Notes: a model not told the origin generated them from the sequence alone. A stretch of 63,260 bases of DNA, filler included, from an uncultured Methanosarcinales archaeon (GCA_964492935.1; 4 parts of 4 records of this genome joined end to end with filler, not necessarily neighbours in it), one strand, 5' to 3'; numbered from the whole stretch's first letter, positions 9,652 through 19,172 are shown. Program-made: numbers and translations.

Positions 9652-10550
9652 TAGAAGTTCCTGATTTCGATAAATTCTTGGTAGCGTTTTTCAATGTCTT
9701 TTTCGGTAATGGACTTTAATTTGTTGAGCGAGAAGTCCTCGGCATTGAAAGAAGCTAATGTGGAGGCATACATGATTGCTTTTCTGAGATTTTCTTGTGA
9801 ATGATCGTTTGTTTTTGCGAGATAGCCGATGAGTGTTCCTCCAAAGGTGTCGCCGCAGCCAGTAGGGTCTTTAATTTCTTCTAATGGATATCCGGGAGCG
9901 TTGAAGTGATGAGATTTTGTAAATAACAATGCTCCATGCTCCCCTTTTTTGATGATGACTGCTTGTGGGCCGAGAGCGAGTGTTTGCTTTGCTGCTTTCA
10001 CCAGGCTGGTGGTGTCGAACAGTTGGCGTGCCTCTCCATCGTTGAGGAGCATGATGTTTGTTTTCTTGATGACCTCGAGTACGTGTTCTTTATTGCTTTC
10101 AATCCAGAAGTTCATAGTGTCGGTGATGACTAGTTTTGGCTTTTCTAGTTGGTTGACGATGCTCAGTTGTATTTCTGGATCGAGATTTGCAAGGAAGAGA
10201 TATTCTGCTTTTTTGTAGGCTTCGGGAAGTTCTGGTTTGAAGGTGGCCAAGGAATTTAATTCTGTCTTTAGTGTTTTAGCCTCATTCATATCAAATTCAT
10301 AGGAGCCTTCCCAATGGAATGTTTTTCCTTCCTTTTTTACGCCCTCAAGGTTAATGTTGCGATCTTCTAATGTTTTCCAAAAGTCCGTTGAGAAATCTTC
10401 GCCTACGATAGAGATGATGCTGGGTTCAGTGTAAAATGATGCAGCATAGGCAGCGTAGGTTGCTGATCCGCCTAGAGCTCGATCCACTTTTCCGAATGGA
10501 GTCTCTATAGTATCGGTAGCAATGGTGCCTGCAATCAGAACGTTGTTCAT
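9651..10550 (-). CDS. PfkB family carbohydrate/nucleoside kinase
   Basis: GGSATY, DTMNFWI, IIKKGEHGA, DPTGCGDTFGG; start set at MNNVLIAG. Confidence 0.9.
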   Translation of the reverse strand: MNNVLIAGTIATDTIETPFGKVDRALGGSATYAAYAASFYTEPSIISIVGEDFSTDFWKTLEDRNINLEGVKKEGKTFHWEGSYEFDMNEAKTLKTELNSLATFKPELPEAYKKAEYLFLANLDPEIQLSIVNQLEKPKLVITDTMNFWIESNKEHVLEVIKKTNIMLLNDGEARQLFDTTSLVKAAKQTLALGPQAVIIKKGEHGALLFTKSHHFNAPGYPLEEIKDPTGCGDTFGGTLIGYLAKTNDHSQENLRKAIMYASTLASFNAEDFSLNKLKSITEKDIEKRYQEFIEIRNF

Positions 10551-10551
10551 T

Positions 10552-10797
10552 TTAGCGGAGCATGTCTTCAATGGGTTTTGCTTTAGCAGCTTTTGGCTTT
10601 TTAGAGGCCTTTTTTGCAGCAGCTTCAAGATCTACGCCTAATTCTTTTAAGCCTTGGATATGCATCTGCATGAGTTGCTCCACAATCTGGAGAATTCTTG
10701 CTAATTCCTCTCGCTCTTTAGCTAAGGTTGATAGAGATCCTTTATGAAATCCGATTTGTTCTTCGTTACTTGTTGTGGGAGTTTCTTTTTTTGCCAT
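10552..10797 (-). CDS. Small coiled-coil hypothetical protein
   Basis: 81-aa ORF preceded by GGTGA RBS, in operon with the kinase. Confidence 0.7.
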   Translation of the reverse strand: MAKKETPTTSNEEQIGFHKGSLSTLAKEREELARILQIVEQLMQMHIQGLKELGVDLEAAAKKASKKPKAAKAKPIEDMLR

Positions 10798-10848
10798 TGT
10801 GCATCACCAAGTTACTGAGTTGTTTATTGATTTAAAAGCGTGTTGTTT

Positions 10849-11745
10849 TTATTGAGTAATTTCTTCAACGAATTTGAGAATATCTTGTGCTACCTGGGCT
10901 GTTTTGTTTCCTGTTGTAAGTACATGGTCGCCTTCTGGATAGAGGAGGAGTTCCTTCTGTTCTGAGGCGATGTTGTTTAGGATGTAGTTTGCGCTTTCTG
11001 GTTCGACTCGCTTGTCTTCAGCTGATTGGATGATGAGGATAGGGGTTGTTATCTGAGGAAGCATCTTTTTGGATTCTTTGATGAGGGTGGCGAGTTGGGC
11101 TACACTTTTCGTGGAGATGGTGGTGTAATAATAGGGCAATTCATGTTCTTCTAGGTCTCTATCGGATTCTTTGAGGAGGTATTTGAAGATGCCTGCATTC
11201 ATGATGCGTTTATCGAAGAACGTGATCGGTGCGCTGATGGTGATGATTCCGTCTGGGTTGTAGGTGGATGCAGCCATTAGTGAGAGGGTGGCTCCGGTCG
11301 ATACTCCGGAAACGAAGATGTGCTCGCACGTTTTTTGCAGTCCTTTCATAGGAATGTCTAGAGAGCTGATCCAATCGTTTTTGGTTGACGCTCCTAGGTC
11401 TTCGCTCGTAGTTCCGTGGCCGACAAGTCTTGTTCCATATACGGTCAGCTGATCTTTGAGGATATCGGCGAGCATCTGGATTTCATAGGGCGATGCTGCG
11501 AAGCCATGGGTTAATAGGATGCAGTTGGTTGTATTTGCATGTTCTATTAGGAACGGATAGTTGTCTGGTCGTACCTGGTCGAGATCTGCTTTTTGTTTGT
11601 CTAACTCAAAAAAATCTTGCAAGGAACTTGTTTCGGAATTGGTTAGTTGTTGTAAAGCGGTATTAATGCCGGGATAGGCTCGTTGCTCGGTGGAGGAGCA
11701 GCCTACTAGGGCAAGCACGGTTATGATAGCCAGCCACCTCTTCAT
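10849..11745 (-). CDS. Secreted/lipoprotein alpha/beta hydrolase (carboxylesterase/monoacylglycerol lipase-like)
   Basis: LALVGC lipobox-like motif, LTHGF, GVSTG nucleophile elbow, catalytic D and H (EDKRV, GDHV). Confidence 0.85.
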   Translation of the reverse strand: MKRWLAIITVLALVGCSSTEQRAYPGINTALQQLTNSETSSLQDFFELDKQKADLDQVRPDNYPFLIEHANTTNCILLTHGFAASPYEIQMLADILKDQLTVYGTRLVGHGTTSEDLGASTKNDWISSLDIPMKGLQKTCEHIFVSGVSTGATLSLMAASTYNPDGIITISAPITFFDKRIMNAGIFKYLLKESDRDLEEHELPYYYTTISTKSVAQLATLIKESKKMLPQITTPILIIQSAEDKRVEPESANYILNNIASEQKELLLYPEGDHVLTTGNKTAQVAQDILKFVEEITQ

Positions 11746-11848
11746 TTGCTGATTTTAGGAGTTTTCGTATAAATGCTTTTGCTTTTCTTTCCTTGTGTAT
11801 TCACATCCAAAAGGTTTTTATATAGGGAAGCCTGGAATTGAAGATAGT

Positions 11849-12139
11849 ATGGTACAATATCTTGAAGGTATTCTGAAAGTTGGGAATTTGGTGCTGGCTG
11901 TAGTGGCTGGTTTTATCGCATTGAGTTTGATTAAGGCTACTAAGAAGCGTAATGAATTGAAGCCCTGGATCTTTTTGATTTGGGCTTTGGTGTTTTTCGC
12001 CGTGCAAATGATTCTTGGAGCATTGAGAGCGTTCCAGATTTTTGAGAGTGCGTTTTTGACACACGTTAATCCGGCAATTATTTTGATTCTCTTGATTGTT
12101 GCATTGATCTTACAAATACAGCAGGGCGTGAGTAAATAA
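11849..12139 (+). CDS. Small 3-TM membrane protein
   Basis: Three hydrophobic segments; similar in layout to the next ORF (shared LKPW motif). Confidence 0.6.
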   Translation: MVQYLEGILKVGNLVLAVVAGFIALSLIKATKKRNELKPWIFLIWALVFFAVQMILGALRAFQIFESAFLTHVNPAIILILLIVALILQIQQGVSK

Positions 12140-12444
12140 TGGTCGGGACGTTAGCTGCTTGTTTAGGGAGGATTGCTCCGTTTTACAATCTTGCTTTGGT
12201 TACGTTAGTGATTATTTTGTTTTTGAAGTTGTTTAAGATTAAGCACAATAAGCACGTCTTTTTGAAACCGTGGGGTTTGATGTTTATTGGCATCATTATT
12301 TATGTGGTTGAGCAATTGGTTACGGTCTTTGATCAGGCTGGTGTGATTGTGGCATCGAAGTTACTTTTCCCTATTTTTGAGTTTTTCATTATTATCACGT
12401 TTATCTATATGCTGTTACTTCAGCGGGAGCATCTTGGAAAATGA
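12139..12444 (+). CDS. Small 3-TM membrane protein
   Basis: Three hydrophobic segments; translationally coupled to neighbours. Confidence 0.6.
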   Translation: MVGTLAACLGRIAPFYNLALVTLVIILFLKLFKIKHNKHVFLKPWGLMFIGIIIYVVEQLVTVFDQAGVIVASKLLFPIFEFFIIITFIYMLLLQREHLGK

Positions 12445-12731
12445 AGGGGTTCTTTGCGACGAAGGGCATGCTGCGGAGTAAGCGGGGATTGACGCCGTTA
12501 CTTGCTACTTTGCTTTTGGTGGTGTTTGCGTTGGCCATTGGTACGTTAACGATGAGCTGGGGTAAGACGTATGTTTCCGGATTAGCAGATGAGGGTACTA
12601 CGGCGAGTGCATTGATTACTGTGTCATCAGGACAGTTAAACACACCGTTAAAGCAGCTGCAGATGGAGCATATTCAGGGTAAGATTAGTCAGCAGACCTA
12701 CCTTCAAAAGCAGCAACAGATTACTGGATAA
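12441..12731 (+). CDS. Type IV pilin/archaellin-like protein (class III signal peptide)
   Basis: KRG|LTPLLATLLLVVFALAIG. Confidence 0.75.
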   Translation: MKGFFATKGMLRSKRGLTPLLATLLLVVFALAIGTLTMSWGKTYVSGLADEGTTASALITVSSGQLNTPLKQLQMEHIQGKISQQTYLQKQQQITG

Positions 12732-12752
12732 TTGATTTCTCAGAATTAATTG

Positions 12753-13031
12753 TTATTGACCGTTTACTTTTTCTAGAAGAGAAACGATATTCCAGATTTG
12801 TGTTCTAATGTGTTGATCAAGAGTAGGATTATTTGCGATATCGTCTAGTTCAGCAAGCGCTTTATTTGTGGTGATTGAGATTTCGTTTTCCTGGGAGAAG
12901 GTTTCTTTGATTGTTTCTAACTTTGCTTTCAGATTCTTGGGCATTGAAGGTTCTTCGAGAAGCATGTCGATGTTCTCTGTGACTTCTCCTATAGATTCTT
13001 GCTGTTCCGGTGTCATCTTTTGGACCATCAT
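12753..13031 (-). CDS. UPF0147 family protein
   Basis: PKN...LDDI.N.P.L..H.RTQIWNIVS.LE signature. Confidence 0.85.
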   Translation of the reverse strand: MMVQKMTPEQQESIGEVTENIDMLLEEPSMPKNLKAKLETIKETFSQENEISITTNKALAELDDIANNPTLDQHIRTQIWNIVSLLEKVNGQ

Positions 13032-13360
13032 TCCTTCTTCATCTCAGAAACTACTTCTTTTCTTGTCTTTTCAGCTTTTTCTTTGATTTCGTTTTCTTGT
13101 TTTTCGATGGTTTTGATTCTGATGTCTAGTTTTTTCTTTTTATCTTCCAATTCTTTTTGGAGATCTTCTTTTTTGGTTGCAACCATGATGTTTCCGAGAA
13201 TTTTATAGGCTTCTTTGGTGCCGGCTAGTTCCTTTAGAGCTGCATCTGCTTCCATTTGTTGGGCTTGGAACTGCTGTTTTTGCATAAGCATCTGTTGGAT
13301 GCTCTGCTCAATAAGCTGCAGTTGCTGGATTTTCTTTTCAGAGTCTTCTTTTTCAGCCAT
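13028..13360 (-). CDS. pfdB: Prefoldin beta subunit
   Basis: Coiled coil with YKILGNIMV beta-hairpin; conserved neighbourhood with L37ae/Rpo12. Confidence 0.92.
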   Translation of the reverse strand: MAEKEDSEKKIQQLQLIEQSIQQMLMQKQQFQAQQMEADAALKELAGTKEAYKILGNIMVATKKEDLQKELEDKKKKLDIRIKTIEKQENEIKEKAEKTRKEVVSEMKKE

Positions 13361-13361
13361 T

Positions 13362-13499
13362 TTAACGTGCTTTTATTTTAGTCACTAATGAACGCTGTTT
13401 GAACAACATTTTGCTTCCACAGTATGGGCAGCGTACTCTTTTTCTTAGAAATTCTTGTCCTACTTTTTTGTGGCAGGAAAAACATTTGTAGTCAACCAT
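13362..13499 (-). CDS. rpo12: DNA-directed RNA polymerase subunit Rpo12 (P); below ORF-track cutoff
   Basis: Manual translation MVDYKCFSCHKKVGQEFLRKRVRCPYCGSKMLFKQRSLVTKIKAR, a Zn ribbon between L37ae and prefoldin. Confidence 0.93.
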   Translation of the reverse strand: MVDYKCFSCHKKVGQEFLRKRVRCPYCGSKMLFKQRSLVTKIKAR

Positions 13500-13507
13500 G
13501 CTATCAC

Positions 13508-13759
13508 CTATTCTTGCTCCTCTTCAGCTTTTGCAACGGCTCTTTTCTTTGTTGCTAGTGTGTAAGCTCGACCTGTAAACTTTTTATCGCATTTGCTACA
13601 ATTCCAGATGCCTACTGCTACTCGTTTTACACTTTGCTTGCGGCAATAGGGACAGGTATGTTTCTTTCTCTGTTCGGATTCTACTTTACCGAAGCGCTCT
13701 TTTAGCTTTCTTCCGTATCGTGTACCGAATTTTTTTGTTGATTTGTAGACTTCTGCCAT
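13508..13759 (-). CDS. rpl37ae: 50S ribosomal protein L37ae
   Basis: FGTRYG, CPYC...VKRVAVGIWNCSKC...FTG.AY. Confidence 0.95.
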   Translation of the reverse strand: MAEVYKSTKKFGTRYGRKLKERFGKVESEQRKKHTCPYCRKQSVKRVAVGIWNCSKCDKKFTGRAYTLATKKRAVAKAEEEQE

Positions 13760-13792
13760 TTTTCTTGATCGAAATTATTTTTTTGACTGGAA

Positions 13793-13867
13793 TGGGGCTA
13801 CCCGGATTTGAACCGGGGTCATCTGGTCCCAAACCAGAAAGGATGTTCCAAGCTACCCCATAGCCCC
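13793..13867 (-). tRNA. trnP: tRNA-Pro(TGG)
   Basis: GGGGCTA/TAGCCCC-A acceptor, TCTGG-TTTGGGA-CCAGA anticodon arm, CCCGG-TTCAAAT-CCGGG T-arm. Confidence 0.95.
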
Positions 13868-14083
13868 AGGACAGTTCTTGGTTTAGGATTTATTTGCTGT
13901 TTTTAAATCTATCGAATAAGAATTCTTATTCATACCTCTCAAGAGCTTCACCTAAAGCATTAAATGAGCCCTGTGCGGTTTGTAAATCGGTGCGTCTTGT
14001 TTGTATTTAATATTTATTGATAGTGAGGCATAATCATATGCTTGTTAGGAATGTTTATAAAGCATCTTTTAGCCCTTAGGGGT

Positions 14084-15184
14084 ATGGCATTGACGCAACA
14101 GGAAAAGCACAAGCTGAAGAAATTCATCAAGGATTTGAGAGGATTTCGCGGTAGACATACAGAGTTTGTTAGTGTGTACATTCCGGTTGGGTATGAGATT
14201 ACTAAGGTTATTCAGCAGCTGCAGCAGGAGGCAGGTACTGCTACCAACATTAAGGATGCTACTACTCGTAGAAACGTGATTGATGGATTGGAGCGAATGG
14301 TGCAGCATCTGCGCCTGTTTAAGAAGACGCCCCCTCATGGTTTGGCGGCATTTTCGGGTAATGTTGCAGCTCAGCAGGGAAAGCAGGATTTTCAGGTGTT
14401 TAGTATTGAGCCACCCATACCGTTGAATACACGGATTTATCGTTGTGATAAGACTTTTGTGTTATATTTGCTTGAGGAGATGATGGATGACAAAGAGGTG
14501 TATGGATTAATCGTTCTTGATCGTCGGGATGCAGATATCGCGTATCTTAAAGGGAAATCGATTGTTCATTTGTTGAAGACACACTCTGAGGTGCCGGGTA
14601 AGTATAAGACGGGGGGTCAGTCGGCTCAGCGATTTGCACGAATTAGGGAGGGTGCAGCAAAGGAACATTACAAAAAGGTTGCTGAATATGTGAAGCAGCA
14701 GTTTTTGGAGAATAAAGATTTGAAGGGCATTATTGTGGGTGGGCCTGGTCCGACGAAATATGAATTTGTGGACGGAGACTTCATTACCAATGAATTGCAG
14801 AAGAAAATTATTGGAATTAAGGATTTGTCGTATACGGGCGACTTTGGGTTGCAGGAATTGGTAGATAAGTCAGAGGATTTGCTGGCTGAGGAGGAGTTGG
14901 TTGCTGAAAAGAAGGCGATGCAGCGATTCTTTGAGTTGTTGTCTACGAAGGCAGGCATGGTCGCGTATGGTGAAGCTGAGGTGATGGAGCGTGTTAAGCA
15001 GGGTGCGGTAGATCTGTTATTGTTATCTGATGTTTTAGATGAGGAGAAGATTGAGGAATTTGAGGAGGAGGCTGAGAAGTTGGGTAGTTCGGTGATGTTA
15101 GTCTCAACGGAAACTCGAGAGGGTAATCAGCTTAAGGAGATGGGTAAGGTTGCTGCTATTCTTCGATATGCTATTGATTCGTAA
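14084..15184 (+). CDS. prf1: Peptide chain release factor aRF1
   Basis: GRHTEFVSVY, NIKD, YRCDKTF, GGQSAQRF, AAILRY. Confidence 0.97.
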   Translation: MALTQQEKHKLKKFIKDLRGFRGRHTEFVSVYIPVGYEITKVIQQLQQEAGTATNIKDATTRRNVIDGLERMVQHLRLFKKTPPHGLAAFSGNVAAQQGKQDFQVFSIEPPIPLNTRIYRCDKTFVLYLLEEMMDDKEVYGLIVLDRRDADIAYLKGKSIVHLLKTHSEVPGKYKTGGQSAQRFARIREGAAKEHYKKVAEYVKQQFLENKDLKGIIVGGPGPTKYEFVDGDFITNELQKKIIGIKDLSYTGDFGLQELVDKSEDLLAEEELVAEKKAMQRFFELLSTKAGMVAYGEAEVMERVKQGAVDLLLLSDVLDEEKIEEFEEEAEKLGSSVMLVSTETREGNQLKEMGKVAAILRYAIDS

Positions 15185-15204
15185 GGCTTTAATAGTTTTC
15201 TTGA

Positions 15205-15876
15205 TTGCTTTTTTATATGTTAACCGGTGCTGTCTCTGAATTATATCCTTCTTTTCCGTATTCTGTCTCGATTTTGTATTCTGGTCGGTTTAAGGCGTAT
15301 AATGCGAATGTTAAGTTGCGTGGCGGACAATTAACGTTTCATTTTTCTAAGGAATGGAAGGGTGTAGCGGATGATATTCAGAAGGGGTTGGTGCAGAGTC
15401 TTTTATTGAAGATCATGAAGGGCAGGGTGAAAGCTTCTGTAAAGAATACCGCTTCGATGGACCTGTATGATATTTTTCTTCGAAAATTGCATTTGGTCGC
15501 TCCGAAAACGGAATCGGATCCTATTTTGCTTAATAGTTTTAATCGGGTGAATGCTCGTTTTTTTGATGGGTTGTTGGAGTTGACGAATCTACGTTGGGGT
15601 ACGGATTCCTATCGTAAGCTGGGGTCGTATGCGTATGCTTCGGATACCATTACATTGTCTCGGTTGTTGGAGGAGGACTATGAGTTGCTTGATTATGTGA
15701 TGTATCACGAGATGTTACACAAGAAGCACAAATATGTTCGGAATAAAACTCGAAGTCACCATCATACTAAGGCATTTCGTGATGATGAACGGAAATTTCC
15801 TTCTTGGGAGTTGTGTGAGGAGCGCTTGAGTCGTATCGGTCAGAAGAAGCGATGGTTGCGCGGGTTGTTGGACTGA
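15205..15876 (+). CDS. SprT/YgjP-like zinc metallopeptidase domain protein
   Basis: LLDYVMYHEMLH and HHHT..F motifs; start uncertain. Confidence 0.75.
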   Translation: MLFYMLTGAVSELYPSFPYSVSILYSGRFKAYNANVKLRGGQLTFHFSKEWKGVADDIQKGLVQSLLLKIMKGRVKASVKNTASMDLYDIFLRKLHLVAPKTESDPILLNSFNRVNARFFDGLLELTNLRWGTDSYRKLGSYAYASDTITLSRLLEEDYELLDYVMYHEMLHKKHKYVRNKTRSHHHTKAFRDDERKFPSWELCEERLSRIGQKKRWLRGLLD

Positions 15877-15918
15877 TTAAGGGTTAGGTTTAAAAGTGTA
15901 GTTCCAACTATCACTGTT

Positions 15919-16299
15919 ATGGCAAGGGCATATATCGGACTGGTAGCTGAAAGGAAACCTGATCCTGATCGAACTCAGGGAGAGTATCATTCTCAAGATG
16001 GAGTTTTGGATCCTGATACTCCTGGTTTGGATGCGCGTGTTCTGGCGTCATGTTTGGTTTCATATTTTGCTAATGAAGGAGGTATTGCTCTCTTGGAATA
16101 TCCTTTGCGTCCGGAGAAATTAGGCGATAAGCAATTTGATGCGGGTTTTCACGTAGTCTGTGATGGTGATGTTGGCGAGGTGATTGATCGTGTTTTGCAG
16201 AGAATCGAAATCAACAACAATCGTTTTGATACGGTGCCTGTAGATAACAAATCCGTAGATAGATCAGTTAGAGCCGAAGTTTTGAGGTTTGATTCGTAA
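15919..16299 (+). CDS. Hypothetical protein
   Basis: 126-aa ORF with TTTAAA box ~25 nt upstream. Confidence 0.5.
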   Translation: MARAYIGLVAERKPDPDRTQGEYHSQDGVLDPDTPGLDARVLASCLVSYFANEGGIALLEYPLRPEKLGDKQFDAGFHVVCDGDVGEVIDRVLQRIEINNNRFDTVPVDNKSVDRSVRAEVLRFDS

Positions 16300-16409
16300 G
16301 TTCTCAGGCTATTCAATTTGTTCCAAAAGTTTTATAAAGCTCCTTGGATTTCAGAGTATTGTTCAATAAGGGGATTGCTTCTCTAACGGGGAGCATTTAC
16401 GTGATAAAA

Positions 16410-16625
16410 ATGACAGAAAAGCTCTTACCATTGGCAGCGATGGAAAAGGTTATTAAAAAGGTGGGCGGAGCCGATACCCGAGTGTCTGACAAGGCGAAAG
16501 TTGCTTTGAAGGCGGTTTTGGAGGAGGAAGCTGAAGAGCTTGCTTTGAGGGCTTGGAGATTGGCGACTCATGCAGGAAGAAAAACGGTTAAGGAAGGAGA
16601 TATTAAATTAGCTGCAAAGCAATAG
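16410..16625 (+). CDS. Archaeal histone (HMf-like)
   Basis: LPLAA..K..K....RVS..A...L...LEE...A.HAGRKTVK..DI.LA. Confidence 0.93.
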   Translation: MTEKLLPLAAMEKVIKKVGGADTRVSDKAKVALKAVLEEEAEELALRAWRLATHAGRKTVKEGDIKLAAKQ

Positions 16626-16631
16626 GTGATT

Positions 16632-17045
16632 ATGATGAGTGATGAAGTTCAAGGAAATACAAAACCGGTTCACGTGGGTGGATTGAAAAAAGGCAATTAT
16701 GTTGTTCTAGAGGGTGCAGCTTGTGTTGTAACCGATACTCAGGTGAGTCGACCGGGAAAACACGGTCACGCTAAAGTTAGATTGACGGGCGTAGGTATTG
16801 TTGATGATAAGAAGAGAGTTGTGGTTGTGCCGGGACACGATAGTGTTGACGCTCCTATGATTGAGAAGAAGATGGCTCAGGTGTTATCTATCCAGGGAGA
16901 TATGGCTAATGTTATGGATGCTGAGACGTATGAGACTTTTGATTTAAAGATACCTTCTGATTTGAAGGATAAGATTGCAGAAGGTGTTACTATTATGTAT
17001 TGGATAGTGCTTACTGATAAAATCATGAAGCAGGTGCAGAACTGA
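16632..17045 (+). CDS. eif5a: Translation factor aIF-5A
   Basis: PGKHGHAK hypusine motif, MD.ETYETF. Confidence 0.96.
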   Translation: MMSDEVQGNTKPVHVGGLKKGNYVVLEGAACVVTDTQVSRPGKHGHAKVRLTGVGIVDDKKRVVVVPGHDSVDAPMIEKKMAQVLSIQGDMANVMDAETYETFDLKIPSDLKDKIAEGVTIMYWIVLTDKIMKQVQN

Positions 17046-17206
17046 TGGTTAAGTTTGCTGAAGCTGAAGCTAGACGTTTCCGTAACGTTTTTATATGCAA
17101 GAAGTGCAAAAAGAAGATAAGGGCACAAAGCTTGAAAGTTTTGGCGGGAAAAATCTCCTGCAAGTCCTGCGGCTACGATAAGTTTAGGCCGGTTAGAAAG
17201 AAATAA
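17045..17206 (+). CDS. rpl40e: 50S ribosomal protein L40e; below ORF-track cutoff
   Basis: Manual translation MVKFAEAEARRFRNVFICKKCKKKIRAQSLKVLAGKISCKSCGYDKFRPVRKK. Confidence 0.9.
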   Translation: MVKFAEAEARRFRNVFICKKCKKKIRAQSLKVLAGKISCKSCGYDKFRPVRKK

Positions 17207-17209
17207 GAA

Positions 17210-18388
17210 ATGGATGTTCAATCTATAGCTGCACTCGTTTTTATAGGTCTTTTGAGCTTATTTATTTACTTTGAGCGGAAGAAGATAGTATTACAGAAAA
17301 TTCTGTTTCCTTTGTTGTATGTTGTTTTGTATCGTACGAAGCTAGGATTAGCGTGGATGGACCGTACTGCAAAAAGATGGACTCGGCTTTGGCATTTTCT
17401 CGTGCCGGTGTCTATCGTTGTTGGTTTTTTAGGGATGCTTCTGATTTCTTATGCTCTTATTGATAATGTTATCCAAATTTTTACTCAGCCTGAGGCGTTG
17501 CCTGGCGTGGGGTTGGTGTTGCCTATCAACGTAAAGGGGGCATTTTTTGTTCCTTTCTTTTATTGGATTATCTCGATTTTCATTATTGCTGTAGTCCACG
17601 AATTTTCTCACGGTTTATTTGCTCGGCTGTATAACATGAAGGTGAAATCGTCTGGTTTTGCTTTCTTTGGTCTGTTATTGCCGATTATTCCTGCAGCATT
17701 CGTGGAGCCGGACGAAAAGGACATCGTTACACGTCCCGCAAAGCAGCAGCTTGCGATGTATTCTGCCGGGCCGTTTGCTAATGTGGTATTGGCGTTTATT
17801 GTTCTAGGTTTGAGTGCATTACTTATTGGTCCTGTAGCGGGTAATGTGGTTGTGGCGGATGGTGTTGAGGTTACTGGATATGTTGAAGGTGATTATCCTG
17901 CAGAGGCAGCCGCTATTGGTATTGGTGAATTGATTGTTTCGCTTGATGGTGCTTCTGCAACTTCTATTGCTGAGTTTTCCACTTTACTTGCGGGAAAGAA
18001 GGTTGGAGATTCAGTAGATGTAGAGACGGATCAAAATTCTTACGCTGTTGTTTTAGGTGAACATCCTGAGGAGGAAGGTGCTGGTTATTTGGGAGTGCAG
18101 ATACAGCAGCATACTTCGATTAGTACCGAATTTACTTCTAAATATGGTACTTTTTCTGCAACTGCCATCTTATGGTTTTTGCAATTACTGTATTGGTTGT
18201 ATTTGCTTAACTTAGGTATTGGGTTGTTTAATTTGGCTCCGATGGGACCATTAGATGGGGGTCGCATGTTGCTTACGGTATTGGAGAAATTCTTTGATAA
18301 GAAGAAAGCTAGACTGTATTGGAAGAATATCGGCTTTTTCTTTTTTGCTTTAGTTTTGTTTAATATTGTGTTTGCGTTTATTCGTTGA
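17210..18388 (+). CDS. Site-2 protease (M50) with PDZ domain
   Basis: HEFSH, AGPFAN, NLAPMGPLDGG. Confidence 0.93.
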   Translation: MDVQSIAALVFIGLLSLFIYFERKKIVLQKILFPLLYVVLYRTKLGLAWMDRTAKRWTRLWHFLVPVSIVVGFLGMLLISYALIDNVIQIFTQPEALPGVGLVLPINVKGAFFVPFFYWIISIFIIAVVHEFSHGLFARLYNMKVKSSGFAFFGLLLPIIPAAFVEPDEKDIVTRPAKQQLAMYSAGPFANVVLAFIVLGLSALLIGPVAGNVVVADGVEVTGYVEGDYPAEAAAIGIGELIVSLDGASATSIAEFSTLLAGKKVGDSVDVETDQNSYAVVLGEHPEEEGAGYLGVQIQQHTSISTEFTSKYGTFSATAILWFLQLLYWLYLLNLGIGLFNLAPMGPLDGGRMLLTVLEKFFDKKKARLYWKNIGFFFFALVLFNIVFAFIR

Positions 18389-19172
18389 GTTTCTTCTTCA
18401 TTCTCCATTCTTTGAAGCATATCCAGCCGGTGATTAAGAGGTCCAGTAGGTTTGCAGATGCTTTTTTGTTGATAATTTTTACTTTACGGTTGTTTGTGAT
18501 ATTCTTGAACGGATCCTTTTCTTCCGTTTCTAGTTCCAAACAATCTCCAATTTGCCATACTTCATGAGCATCGCTTCCAGCAGCGAGGAATTTGGTTTTT
18601 TTTGGATAGTCTTCCTTCGGAATGGAAAGATTCTTGTTAATCTCTTTTCTTATCCCTTTTGTTAACAGGTTCAGCGGAAACCATGTTAATAGCTTCCCCA
18701 AGTTTGCTGGTGATCCGTTGCTTATCTCTACAGCTCCCAGCGTGTTTACTGCTTCTTGATATGATTTTCTTCCTGCAATTCTTACAATTGAAGTTGTTCC
18801 TAGCGTATAGGGGTGTGTGACAAAGCTGAATAGTTTTTTTTCTTTTACAAATGCCATTGTTTGTTTAAGAGACATCTTATATGGTTCTAGCTGAGTGTAG
18901 GTGTAGATGATTGGTTCTTTTGCAAAGAGAATGATGTCTATTCCTTCTTTCGTAAGATATTCAACTCCCGGATAGCAGTGCATTCCTTTTGGTTTTGTTT
19001 TCTGCATACATTCAAAGGCCCTTTTAGGGTTTTTGTATACATGTTCAGTTACAATGAGGTAGTGGATGTTTTGTTCTTCTAGTTTCTTCCAATATGCATC
19101 GCATTTCTTAATGGCTTTTTCTTCATCCTTAGGCAGGTTAGGATGGAGGTGGTAATCGATTCTTAGCTTCAT
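18378..19172 (-). CDS. PHP-domain metallophosphoesterase
   Basis: DYHLH, VTEH, PGVE, HPY, GSDAH; ATG overlaps upstream TGA. Confidence 0.85.
   Translation of the reverse strand: MKLRIDYHLHPNLPKDEEKAIKKCDAYWKKLEEQNIHYLIVTEHVYKNPKRAFECMQKTKPKGMHCYPGVEYLTKEGIDIILFAKEPIIYTYTQLEPYKMSLKQTMAFVKEKKLFSFVTHPYTLGTTSIVRIAGRKSYQEAVNTLGAVEISNGSPANLGKLLTWFPLNLLTKGIRKEINKNLSIPKEDYPKKTKFLAAGSDAHEVWQIGDCLELETEEKDPFKNITNNRKVKIINKKASANLLDLLITGWICFKEWRMKKKLNE

Noticed and set aside
16410..17045. Histone-aIF5A fusion by TAG readthrough (frames are contiguous) and general amber recoding
   Set aside because: Both proteins are full length on their own, a GGTGA RBS precedes aIF5A, and TAG ends several conserved genes at expected positions
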